A stretch of DNA of 64,000 nt. Origin: Octopus sinensis (Eukaryota). Both the position numbers and the translations under genes were made by a program. Under the pieces are notes generated by a model. That model was given only the letters and a program-made list of their open reading frames with translations. It searched no databases and was not told the DNA's origin. The DNA lies in NCBI RefSeq assembly GCF_006345805.1, contig NC_043001.1:48732001-48796000 (forward strand), written 5' to 3'. Numbering within the stretch: position 1 is the stretch's first letter; each line of letters begins with the position of its first letter. Shown here piece by piece: positions 39,734-52,039 of this stretch.

Positions 39734-40049
39734 TTTAACGTCCGTTCTCCATGCTAGTATGGGTTGGACGGTTCGACCGAGGATCTGGGAAGCCAGAAGG
39801 CTGCACCAGGCTCCAGTCTGATCTGGCAGTGTTTCTACAGCTGGATGCCCTTCCTAACGCCAACCACTCCGAGAGTGTAGTGGGTGATTTTTACGTGCCA
39901 GGTGAGGCTGGCAACGGCCACGATTGGATTGATGCTTCTTACGTGCCACCGGCACAGAAGCCAGTCTCGGCGGCGCTGGCATCGGCCACGTTCGGATGGT
40001 ACTTTTTACATGCCACCGGCACGAAAGCCAGTCTAGACGGCGCTGATTG
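39731..40049 (-). mobile_element. RTE-tail retroposon copy inside an (ATT)n tract
   Basis: Matches the reverse complement of 55070-55410. Confidence 0.88.
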
Positions 40050-40363
40050 TTATTAAGATGGCGAGCTGGCAGAATCATTAGCATGCTGGACAAAATGCTT
40101 GGTGGTATTTTGCCCATCGCTATGTTCTGAGTTCAAATAAACAGCAAGAAGAGTGCAATGTGATTTGTAATAAATGGAGACTGACTTTGCTTATTGAATT
40201 GAATTAATTGAACAACGTTTCAACAGATTGTCTGTCTTCCTTGGGTTCTTTACATTTCACATTTTGAACCTGAGGAAGATAGACAATCTGTCAAAATATT
40301 GTTCAATTTGTTCGATTAAATATGCAATGTCAATCCCCATCTATTACAAATCACAATTGTGCT

Positions 40364-40515
40364 CTTCTTCTTCTCCTTCTTCTTCTTCTTCTCCTACTTC
40401 TTCTCCTCCGTCTTCTTCTTCTCCTTCTTCTTCTTCTTCTTCTTCTTCTTATCATTATCATTATTGTTATTATTATTATTATTATCATCATTAATATTAT
40501 TATTATTATTATTAT
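40364..40515. repeat. Compound (TCT)n/(ATT)n microsatellite
   Basis: Seen directly. Confidence 0.95.
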
Positions 40516-40749
40516 TCGATGACTGGCATCTGTGCTAGTGGAGCACTAAAAGAACCGTACGAGTGAGATCGAGGCCAGAGCAACAAGCTGGCCTCTGAGC
40601 TGATGGCACGTAAAAACACCATTCAAGCATGATCGTTACCTGCAGTGCCTACTAGCACTTGCGCTGGTGGCACATGAAGAAGCATTTGAGTGACGTCGTT
40701 GCCAGTGCCGCTGGACGTTAAACGACGACGATGATGATTATTATTATTA

Positions 40750-40787
<38 letters not shown>

Positions 40788-40789
<2 letters not shown>

Positions 40790-41159
40790 AGGCAGCAAGC
40801 TTGTAGAATCATTAGCACATTTCATAAAATGCTTAGCAGCATTTCTTCTGACGTTTTATCTTTCTGAGTTCAAATTGTTCAAAAATCACTGAGATCAACT
40901 TTGCCTTTTATCTTTCATCATTAAAATAAAATACCAATCAAGTACTGGGGTTGAAGTAATCAACTTGCTCTCCCTCTTGCCAAATTGCTGGCCTTTTGCC
41001 CAAATTTGGAAGAATTGTTATCATTATTATTTCAGTTCAAATCCTATATTTTAGTGGTCAATAAAATAAATATGAAACAAAGGGGTTAATGTAATTGACT
41101 AACACTCCTCCCCTGAAATTGGGCTTTATGCCAAAATTTGAAACTATTATTATTATTAT

Positions 41160-41203
<44 letters not shown>

Positions 41204-41414
41204 TCATTATTAGGGCAACAAGCTGACAGAACCATTAGCATGCCGGGCAAAATGCTTAGTGTCATTTCATCTGTCTTTACGTTTTGAGTTCAAATTCTGC
41301 TGAGGTTGACTTTGACTTTCTTCCTTTTGAACATGGTGGGGGTGTGGGTGGGGAGTTCCATGCAATTGACTTACGCCCTCCTCCAAAATTGCTGGCCTTT
41401 TGTCAAAAATTGAA

Positions 41415-41415
<1 letters not shown>
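40788..41415 (+). mobile_element. Three family B SINEs separated by ATT/TAG tracts
   Basis: Repeated head and central domain. Confidence 0.8.
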
Positions 41416-41480
<65 letters not shown>

Positions 41481-41482
<2 letters not shown>

Positions 41483-42420
41483 CATTATTTTATGCTTGAC
41501 TTTTGCTTTACATTTGTACAAGTTGGCTCCAAGTCTCATCCAGAGACTTCAAGAGACAACAAGTTAGAAGTTCATGTTGGTGTTATGCCTAAGGTGCAAT
41601 ATATTTGGTTTTGTATATAGTGTTGTTCTAGGGAGTGTATAAGAAACCATAAGAAAATCATGTGTTTGTTTTAAAATTTGAGATTACATAGAAAGTATTT
41701 TGCGTAGGATATGGGCAGTTCCCATGAGCATTATCTTTTGAATTTCTGCCATTTTGCAGTTTCTTAGTATCTGAGCTAGGTAGCAATCAGCCCCTTTTGC
41801 TATCATTCCCAGGGCATCTATGACAACAGGTATTGTTTTAGTCATCAGGTTCCACGTTTTGCTAATTTGTATTTCAAGATCTTTATAGTTGCTCAGTTTT
41901 TGGTAGGTCTTGACAGATGCATTTATATCGATTGGGACAGTCACATCAATGAGGAGGCATGATTTTTGTCTGAAGTCTTTCAATGTGATGTCTGGCCTAT
42001 TTGAATCTATCTTTCTGTCAGTTTGAATGGTGAAGTTTCAGAGGTGTGAGATGTGATCGTTTTCAAGCACTGGAGGTGGTTTGTGTCCCCACCAGTTTTT
42101 ATCATGGTTTTTGCAAATTACCCAGTGAATATATTGTGCAGCTCTATCATTCCTGTTGAGATACTTTGTAGGCGCAAGAAGACTGCACTTGGAGACAACA
42201 TGATCAATGGTTTCATTTTGTTGTTGACATACATATGTTGGGAAGCTGCCATTCTTTAATATGTTGGCCTGGTAGTTCCTGGTAGGTAGGCATTGATTTT
42301 GGGCTGCTATGATAAACCCTTCTGTTTCAGATTTTAAGCCAGAAGCCATTAACCATTGATGGGTAAGGGCTTTGTCAACATCGGCATTATTCACTCTCTT
42401 TGAGTATCTGCCATTGAGAG

Positions 42421-42422
<2 letters not shown>
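41481..42422 (-). mobile_element. R4/Dong-clade non-LTR retrotransposon 3' fragment, copy 1
   Basis: WL..SGLKSETEGFIIAAQ, C..ETIDHVVSKC knuckle region, RLE RPDI...IDVTVP...K..NYKDL, LMGTAHILRKIL; flanked by (TAA)n. Confidence 0.9.
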
Positions 42423-42511
<89 letters not shown>

Positions 42512-42513
<2 letters not shown>

Positions 42514-43448
42514 CATTATTTTATGCTTGACTTTTGCTTTACATTTGTACAAGTTGGCTCCAAGTCTCATCCAGAGACTTCAAGAGACAACAAGTTAGAA
42601 GTTCATGTTGGTGTTATGCCTAAGGTGCAATATATTTGGTTTTGTATATAGTGTTGTTCTAGGGAATGTATAAGAAACCATAAGAAAATCATGTGTTTGT
42701 TTTAAAATTTGAGATTACATAGAAAGTATTTTGCGTAGGATATGGGCAGTTCCCATGAGCATTATCTTTTGAATTTCTGCCATTTTGCAGTTTCTTAGTA
42801 TCTGAGCTAGGTAGCAATCAGCCCCTTTTGCTATCATTCCCAGGGCATCTATGACAACAGGTATTGTTTTAGTCATCAGGTTCCACGTTTTGCTAATTTG
42901 TATTTCAAGATCTTTATAGTTGCTCAGTTTTTGGTAGGTCTTGACAGATGCATTTATATCGATTGGGACAGTCACATCAATGAGGAGGCATGATTTTTGT
43001 CTGAAGTCTTTCAATGTGATGTCTGGCCTATTTGCATCTATCTTTCTGTCAGTTTGAATGGTGAAGTTTCAGAGGTGTGAGATGTGATCGTTTTCAAGCA
43101 CTGGAGGTGGTTTGTGTCCCCACCAGTTTTTATCATTTTTGCAAATTACGCAGTGAATATATTGTGCAGCTCTATCATTCCTGTTGAGATACTTTGTAGG
43201 CGCAAGAAGACTGCACTTGGAGACAACATGATCAATGGTTTCATTTTGTTGTTGACATACATATGTTGGGAAGCTGCCATTCTTTAATATGTTGGCCTGG
43301 TAGTTCCTTGTAGGTAGGCATTGATTTTGGGCTGCTATGATAAACCCTTCTGTTTCAGATTTTAAGCCAGAAGCCATTAACCATTGATGGGTAAGGACTT
43401 TGTCAACATCGGCATTATTCACTCTCTTTGAGTATCTGCCATTGAGAG

Positions 43449-43450
<2 letters not shown>
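42512..43450 (-). mobile_element. R4/Dong-clade 3' fragment, copy 2 (tandem duplicate, period 1031 bp)
   Basis: Same breakpoints and lesions as copy 1; about six differences seen. Confidence 0.9.
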
Positions 43451-43490
<40 letters not shown>

Positions 43491-43493
<3 letters not shown>

Positions 43494-43704
43494 TAGTTTT
43501 ATTTTTATAGCGTGCTTTCACTTCACTACCGAGCGCAGCTCTGTGTGCCTTGGGTATGTGCTGTGATTTGTTGTGATGCTCTGATGGTTATTGTATGGAA
43601 AGTGTTCTGCATAGGATGTGTGCAGTGCCTAGTAGTGCAATTTTCTGTATGTTATATGTGTTTGTAAGTCCTGGTGTTTTTGTTATGTATTTGTCTGAAT
43701 ATTT
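43491..43704 (-). mobile_element. 3' end of a different R4/Dong subfamily
   Basis: Translates ...NIQKIALLGTAHILCRTLSIQ* followed by a distinct 3' UTR and (TAA)n. Confidence 0.85.
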
Positions 43705-43727
43705 TTATTATTATTATTATTATTATT

Positions 43728-44176
43728 AAGGCAGCAAGCTGGCAGAATGCTTAGCAGAAGCTCTTTGGAGTATATGTTCTGAGTTCAAATCCTGCAAGGC
43801 TCAACTTTCATCCCTCTAAAGTTAATAAAATAAAGTACCAGTCAAATACTGGGATTAATGCCTTTGACTTATATCCCTCCCCCAACTCAAAATTGCTGGC
43901 CTTGTGCCAAAATTTGAAACCTTTAAAGGCAATGAGTGGGCAGAATTGTTAACATGCTGGGCAAAATGCTTAGTGGCATTTCATTTATCTTTATGTTCTT
44001 AGTTCAAATTTTGCTAAGATCTACTTTGCCTTTCATCCTTTTGAAGTTGATATAAAAAGGATCTGTCAAGTATCAGGGTAGATATAATTGACTTCTCCCT
44101 CCCTTAAAAACTGCTGGCCCTGAGTCAAAGTTTGAGACAATTATTATCATTATTATCATTATTATTATTATTATTA

Positions 44177-44245
<69 letters not shown>

Positions 44246-45214
44246 TGTTAAGGCAGCAAGCTGGCAAAAGGCTTAGCAGAATTTCTTCTGGTTTTTTTAT
44301 GTTGTAAATTCAAATTCTGCCAAGTTCTTCTTTGCTTTTCAAAAGTCGAAGCCTTTAAAGGTGATGAGCTGACAAAATCATTAGTGTGTCAGCCAAAATT
44401 CCTAGCAGCATTTCTTCCTAGCTCAACTTCCACCAAGGCCAATTATCCTTTCATCCTTTCAGAGTCAATAAATTCAGTACCAGTTAAGGACCGGAGTTAA
44501 AGTAATTCCCATACACCTTCCTCTAAAAATGCTGGCATTGTGCCAAAATCTGAAACCATTATTATTATTATTGTTGTTTAGGTGATGAGCTGGCAGAATT
44601 GTTAGCACACCAGGCAAAAATTCTTAGCAGTATTTTGTCTGTCTTTACGTTCTGAGTTCAAATTCTGCATGAGGTTGACTTTGCCTTTCATCCTTTTGGG
44701 GTCGATAAAATAAGTACCAGTGGAACACTAGAGTCGATGTCGACTTACCCTCTCTCCTGAAATTGCTGGCCTTGGGCCAAAATTTGAAATCATTATTATT
44801 ATTATTGTTGTTGTTATTAAGGCAGCAAGCTAACAGAACTGTTAGCATCTCGGACAAAATGCTGCTGTAATCATCTTTGCCTTTCATCCTTTGTACATAT
44901 TTTATTGTAGTATAGTGCATTAGTCAACATATTTGACTAATTTTGTAGTTATCCCCCAAATTTCAGGCCTTGGTAGAAAGCATTATTGATGTTATCTTCA
45001 TCCCCATTTAGGTAATATAGTTTCAGAATCAGTAGCGTGCAAGACAAAATGCTGTATTTTTTAGTTTCATCCATGTTGGTCTTGAATCTCTTGTAGAGGT
45101 TAACTTTTCTCCTCGTGCTCCCAGGGTCACAGATGGTTGGTTCAACTGGCTCAAATTTCCGGTCGTTGTACCTATGTGAGAAATCATTAACACCACCACC
45201 ACCGCCATCATCAG

Positions 45215-45250
<36 letters not shown>

Positions 45251-46330
45251 TCACCATCAAGATCTTCCTTGTTATTATTATTACTCTCTCTCTTTACTCT
45301 TTTACTTGTTTCAGTCATTTGACTGCAGCCATGCTGGAGCACCCCGGGACTTATTCTTTGTAAGCCCAGTACTTATTCTATCGGTCTCTTTTGCTGAACC
45401 GCTAAGTGACGGGGACGTAAACACACCAGCATCGGTTGTCAAATAATGCTAGAGGGACAAACACAGACACACAAACATATACACACACATACATATATAT
45501 ATATATACATATATATACGACAGGCTTCTTTCAGTTTCCGTCTACCAAATCCACTCACAAGGCTTTGGTCGGCCCGAGGCTATAGCAGAAGACACTTGCC
45601 CAAGATGCCACGCAGTGGGACTGAACCCTGAACCATGTGGCTGGTTAGTAAGCTACTTACCACACAGCAATTATTATATTATTATTATTATTAAGGTAGT
45701 CAGCTAGCAGAATATCATGAGTGTGTCAGACAAAATGCTTAGCAGCATTTCTTTTAGCTCTCTACATTCTAAGTTCAAATTCCTCCAAGGTTGGCTTTGC
45801 CTTTCATCCTTTCAGGGTTCATAAAATAAAGTACCAGTTGATCACTGGGGAGTGGAGGAAGGTATGGATTCAGGTAATTGACTATCCACTTCCCCTCTCC
45901 CACACAAAATTTCCTTTAGGTTTCATATAGTAGAAAGGATTATTACTATTAAGGCAACGAGCTGGCTGAATAGTTATTGCATTAGACAAAATGCTTAGCA
46001 ACAAATCTAGTTTTTACATTCTGAGATCAAATTCCAGCCCTGGGTTGATGCAGTTGATATATCCCCTCTCCCTAAAATTGCTGGCCTTGTGCTAAAACTT
46101 ACAAAGAATTATCATGGCAGAGAGCTGGTAGAATCGTTAACATGCTGGACAAAATGCTGCTAACCATTTTGTCGGTGTTTACTTTTTGAGTTCAAATAAT
46201 ACCAAAGTCGACTTTGCCCTTCATCCTTTCTGGGTCAATAAAATAAGTACCAGCCAAGAACAGGGGTCAGTGTAATTGACTTCCCCTCCCCTCAAAAACT
46301 GCTGGCTTTGTGCCAAAATTTGAAAACATT
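43728..46330 (+). mobile_element. Head-to-tail array of ~10 family B SINEs with (ATT)n spacers
   Basis: Heads aaggc.gc.agctggcagaat at ~43728, 43925, 44250, 44357, 44578, 44818, 45694, 45950 and 46115. Confidence 0.85.
45290..45670 (-). mobile_element. Young family CD SINE
   Basis: CpG-rich; tail module, (CA/TA)n, then head ending ctacttaccacacagc. Confidence 0.85.
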
Positions 46331-46499
46331 ATTATTGTTGTTGATTTATCATTTAACCCTAATAATTTTCTCACCATTACTATTCCATCCCAGTTGAATC
46401 CAGTCCAATCTCTATACATTACTATACTTGCAGCAATGATGTCTATTTTGATTTTGAATGTGGTGGAGGGAAATATATTTAATATTTAAATATGAAGAT

Positions 46500-46501
46500 T
46501 A

Positions 46502-46553
<52 letters not shown>

Positions 46554-46661
46554 TATGTATATATGTATATGTATATATATAAATGTATATATATATGTGT
46601 GTGTATGTATATATATGTGTGTGTGTATGTATATATATGTATATGTGTATATAAATGTATG

Positions 46662-46697
<36 letters not shown>

Positions 46698-46720
46698 CAT
46701 ACATATACATATATATACAT
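46500..46720. repeat. (TA)n/(TG)n compound microsatellite
   Basis: Seen directly; similar tracts at 32240, 34070, 48185, 49020 and 59200. Confidence 0.95.
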
Positions 46721-47579
46721 TTTACGGTTATTTCTCAATAAATTCTACATATCTTTCTTTGTGCTATGGTTGCCATTTAAATAAGTAACAAATTATACAC
46801 ACATAGACACAAAATAACTGTGGATGTGTGTTTATATATATATATATAAGGATATATACACATACATATACATACATACACAGATACACATGAATATATA
46901 TATACAATATATATGGTTAAGTATTTAGTAAAGTAGACAATGCAGTTAGACTTGCTTGAGACATATATTTATATGGAGAACAAGATACAGGTTATATAAT
47001 AAAGAAAAGATCTAAATAGAAAAAGTTCATATTTTTTTCTTTGTTTTATAATTTGCATTTTTTACTCCATGTAAATACATATATCAGTCCTAATTGTATT
47101 ATTTATCTTCCTATTTATTATTTATCTTCATATCTTCGTAACAGCTCATTTTGGGTCCCATGCTATGGGTTTGCCTTGGCTGAAGAAGCTGGAATTTATG
47201 TTGACATGTATTTAAGCTCTAGTGTTATGGATAGCAAGCTTATTTTATTCTCATACCCCCATATTTTATATGTGTGTGTGTGTTTGTGTGCAGAAAACAG
47301 TAGTGCTCAGATGATTTGAACTTACACTCCGAAATCTTTACCAAGAACTAAGTGTGGGGTGATAAAGAGTGGCTATAAGAGGAATCTAGATTAGCAGATA
47401 TGGAGATAATGGTGCAAATAAAAAAATAATACTGCTTGGACTAGATATACAAACTATACATATATACATGTATGGAGCCCCCTGAAACAGCTGTTGGGCC
47501 TGTAACACCGTAACTTCTCCCCTTAATTTATTGTAGTCTTTGTCCTCTGTGGAAGTTTTCTCTGTTAATATATAAATAT

Positions 47580-48030
47580 TTGAAGGTGGTGAACTGGCAG
47601 AATCATTAGCATACCAGGCAAAATGCTTAAGAGCATTTTGTCCATCTTTACGTTCTGGGTTCAAATTCCACCAAGGTTGACTTTGCCTTTCATCCTTTCA
47701 GGGGTCAATGAAATAAGTACCAGATGAGCACTGGGGTCGATGTAATCGACTGTACCCCTCTCCCAAAATTTCAGGCCTTGTGCCTTTAGTAGAAAGGATT
47801 ATTATTATTATTATTAAGGCGGTGAGCTGGCAGAATCGTTAGCATGCTGGGCAAAATGTTCAGTAGAATTTTGTTCATCTTTACATCCTGGGTTCAATTT
47901 CTGCCATATCGATTTTGCCTTTCATCCTTTTGGGGTCGATGAAATAAGTACCAGCTGAACACTGGGATCAATGTAATTGACTAACTCTCTCCCTTGAAAC
48001 TACTGGCTTTATGCCAAAATTTGAAAACCA
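47580..48030 (+). mobile_element. Two family B SINEs
   Basis: Full-length copies joined by (ATT)n. Confidence 0.88.
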
Positions 48031-48180
48031 ATGTATAAATATCTATAATTTTTTACATGACTGTTCATCATTTGAAACTTTTTAATCTTTGGTTTTCTCT
48101 CTATTTACATGTATATATATATGTATATTTTGTGCCTAGCCCAAGTGGTTTCATTTACAGTATTTCTCTTCTCGCTCTTC

Positions 48181-48221
<41 letters not shown>

Positions 48222-48347
48222 TTATGTATATATATATATGTGTATATATATATACATATATATATATATGTATGTATTTATGTATGTATATATATATGCG
48301 TGTGTATATATATGTACATATATGTATATATATATTATATATATATA

Positions 48348-48392
<45 letters not shown>

Positions 48393-48789
48393 TGTGTGTG
48401 TGTGTACATACATATATGTATGTATATATATGTACATATATATATGCATGAAGACTCACCCTTAAACACACAAGAACACACTTAGAGTCTATGTGGCTGT
48501 GTTGATCGATTGCTATTTGAATGGTTCGACTGCTCTTAAACATATCAGTGCTGACCCACACTACCTCTGTGAATAGGTCCCATGAAAAAGCATAGTTCAC
48601 ACTACTGTAAGCATGCATGAACCTGAATAATTAATAAGAATTATCTAAAATTCCTTCTTTATTTGTTTAGAACTGGGAAATAGATAGATTCCCAAATTAC
48701 TGGCAATTGGACTCTGCCATGAAGTTCAATTTTGTTTTCTTAGTAGTCCTCTTGCATATCCACAACAGGTTATGTAACTGTCCTTTATG

Positions 48790-48900
48790 TATGTATGATG
48801 TATGTATGTATGTATGTATGTATGTATGTATGTATGTATGTATGTATGTATGTATGTATGTATGTATGTATGTATGCATGCATGTATGTATGTATGTATA
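48790..48900. repeat. (TATG)n tetranucleotide microsatellite
   Basis: Seen directly. Confidence 0.95.
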
Positions 48901-49022
48901 TATGTATGTATGTGTATGTATTTGTGTGTGCATATGTATACACACATATATACATGTACATACATATATATATGTTTGTGTGTGTGTGTGGGCATAGATA
49001 TATGTGTGTATATAAGTATATA

Positions 49023-49072
<50 letters not shown>

Positions 49073-49074
49073 AT

Positions 49075-49106
<32 letters not shown>

Positions 49107-50002
49107 CTTTAAATGAATTTAAATGTATGTTTATGCATATTTATATGTATATAAATCTATATATATATATACATATATATGTGTATAAATTTGTATATAT
49201 GAATATGTGTGTGTATATGTATGTATGTATGTGTGTATATATATATATATATGACGTTAAATATACATATGCACGCATATATACCTATGCATATGTATAC
49301 ATATATATGTATGTGTATATTTAAGATGTATGTTGATACTACAAAGCCGGTGACTTTATTCTCGTATTAAATTATATTATAATGTACTGTTGACTTTGTT
49401 GAAAATGAGCTAAAACTATTATATTATTTTAAATAATTAATAATTGTATAAACCATCCATTTAATGATTTTTTTCCTGGGTACTTTTTTTTCTGTTTTTG
49501 TTTCAGAATATGTGTTTAATGGTGAAAACTTATCCTTTACATAAATATTTAACTTTGGTTTGTTTTGTGGTTGTTACAATTGTTGTTGTTCATCTTGTTA
49601 TTGTTGATAATTCTCTTTTTTTTTTTTTAAATCATCATTAAAAACTCATTTGAATTTCATTTGAATTAATTTTTTTTTTTAAATAAAGATTATTATTGTA
49701 AAGATAAATATTTTATTTTACTGCAAATATATTTAAGCACCTTCATATACATTTTACTTGCATTTTAACCTTCCAGAATTTTGATCTCTGTATCTTCTCT
49801 TGTTTCAATCAGTGGAGTGTGGCCATGCTGGGGCACCACATTGAAGAGTTTTAGTTAAATGAAGTGACCACAGTACATATTTGTAAGCCTGGTTCATATT
49901 TTATCAGTCTCTTTCGCCAAACTGTTAAGTTATAGAAATGTAAACAAACCAAAACCAGTTGTCAGGTGGTAGCAGGGGACAAAGACACACACAGAGTTAT
50001 AT

Positions 50003-50047
<45 letters not shown>

Positions 50048-50555
50048 GGTGTGGGGAATAGAGTAGGTAATTATGTACTACATATGTTTCTAAGAAAAGT
50101 TGACTGAAACTTATGTAACATTAGGTTATTACATATATGTTCAGCTCCCTCTTCTTCAGGTACATTTACCTTTTGTTTACAAAGTTCATTGTTGAAAAAT
50201 GTAGGTTTGATCAACTGGGAAGAAATTTCTACACCAACAATAGTAGAATGGGTGGGTGGAAGCAAGGTTGGATGAAGTTACCAATGATATTCCCAATCAG
50301 CAGGCAAGCTGCATTTGAGATGAATGGGGTGAGATCACTTACTTGAAAGAAAGAATGTGGTTGGCAGGGGAGAGATGAAGGGCATAAATATTATCTATAT
50401 GTGGTAATAAAGGTGGAGCCCAGCCTTCAGAGTTAAAAAAAAGGAAAAAAATAAAAGATACACTATTAAGTGTCATTACCAAGATAAAGGAACTCATAAA
50501 GTCTTATATCTATACAAGCTGTGTATGTGCTTAAGGCTAACAAACTAATTAATAC

Positions 50556-50590
<35 letters not shown>

Positions 50591-50619
50591 TCTATATTAT
50601 ATGTCATAGAAAAAGGTAA

Positions 50620-50920
50620 AGGGTAAAGACTCCCTTCAATCATGAATGACCATGGGATTGCACCTAGAAAGTTACAAGGCTCAAGTCTAGCCAAGCTTGT
50701 TTATGGAAGACCAGCAGTTGCCCATGCATAGCAGCCTCTGCTCTCCATGCCACCGATGTTAACCAAAGGAAAAGCAAATGCTGATACAGCTTGGTACCAA
50801 TAATGTCACCACTTGTTTCTACAGCTGAGTGATCTGGACTAATGTGAAATTAACTGTTATTCAAGAACACAACACACAGCCCAGTCTGGGAATCGAACTC
50901 ACTACTTCATGATTGTATAT
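50620..50920 (-). mobile_element. Family E SINE nested between the tail (~49800) and head (~50960-51110) modules of a CD SINE
   Basis: Reverse complement of the 16040-16380 element. Confidence 0.75.
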
Positions 50921-51172
50921 CATATATATATATATATATATATATATGCATGTATGTATGTATATAATGGATTTCTTTCAGATTCTGTCTACCAAATTCA
51001 CTCACAAAGCATTTATTAGTCTGAGGCTGTAGTAGAAGACACTTGGCCAAAGTGGGATTGAACCTGTAACCAAGTGCTTGGGAGCAAATTCTTACTCAAA
51101 GCCACACATGCACCCATGTATGTTCAGCAAAGTATTTGGTTATATTAAACCAGCAGTTTTTTTTTTGCTGTG

Positions 51173-51391
51173 TTGCGCTAAAGGAGGATGCAAAGAGAGA
51201 GGTTTGGAGATGCCACTATGAAAGGTTGCTGAATAAAGAAAATGAATGGGATAAAGAGAGTCTGCCGAATGTCAACCCAACAGAGGGACCAGCCATCCGA
51301 GTTGACAATTCTTTGATAGTTAAAGCAATTAAGAGTATGAAGGCAGAGAAAGCCTCAGGCCCATCAGGAATTACTGCAGAGATGCTCAAAA
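51173..51391 (+). mobile_element. Isolated internal fragment of the neighbouring RTE LINE
   Basis: Matches 53062-53280 with three substitutions; no 3' tail. Confidence 0.92.
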
Positions 51392-51984
51392 ATAGGATTA
51401 TTCAAATTTAAAAGACTCATTTCATTTAACTGAGAACTAATTATGCCATATGCAAATTCAAGAAATTCCACTTGCGTCCTTAACCTGCTAGAAATAGCAG
51501 CCAAATATCCCTCAAACCATATCTGACTCTTTATATAAAGGAAGGATACATTGGACTATGATGGATTAGTAATGGCTGGAACACATTTAATCATGTGTAG
51601 AAAATAAGACATGTGTTTGACCAGGACTGAGAAGGGGCTACATGAGTCACATGTAGACAGTAAGCATTAGTAAAGTAAATTGTCAATAAAAGACCTTATT
51701 ATTATGCAAACCCATGAGAAACAAACCTCCACCAATTATTCTGACTATATAATTGTGTGCACCTTTCAATACCATGTATGCCATAAGGTCTGCAAATTTA
51801 ATGGAAGCCTCAAAAGACATTTTAAGATCCACAAAGAACAGAACTTAACTGTAGCTCTATGTAATCTATCTGGGTGTCTTTTCAATACATTGTCTGGTTC
51901 AAAAATCCACATCCGATGCCATGATGGTTCTAAGGTGTAAGAAAAGAGGTGGTCAGACTACCATATATATATATATTATATATA

Positions 51985-52017
<33 letters not shown>

Positions 52018-52039
52018 GATAGATAGATAGATAGATAGA

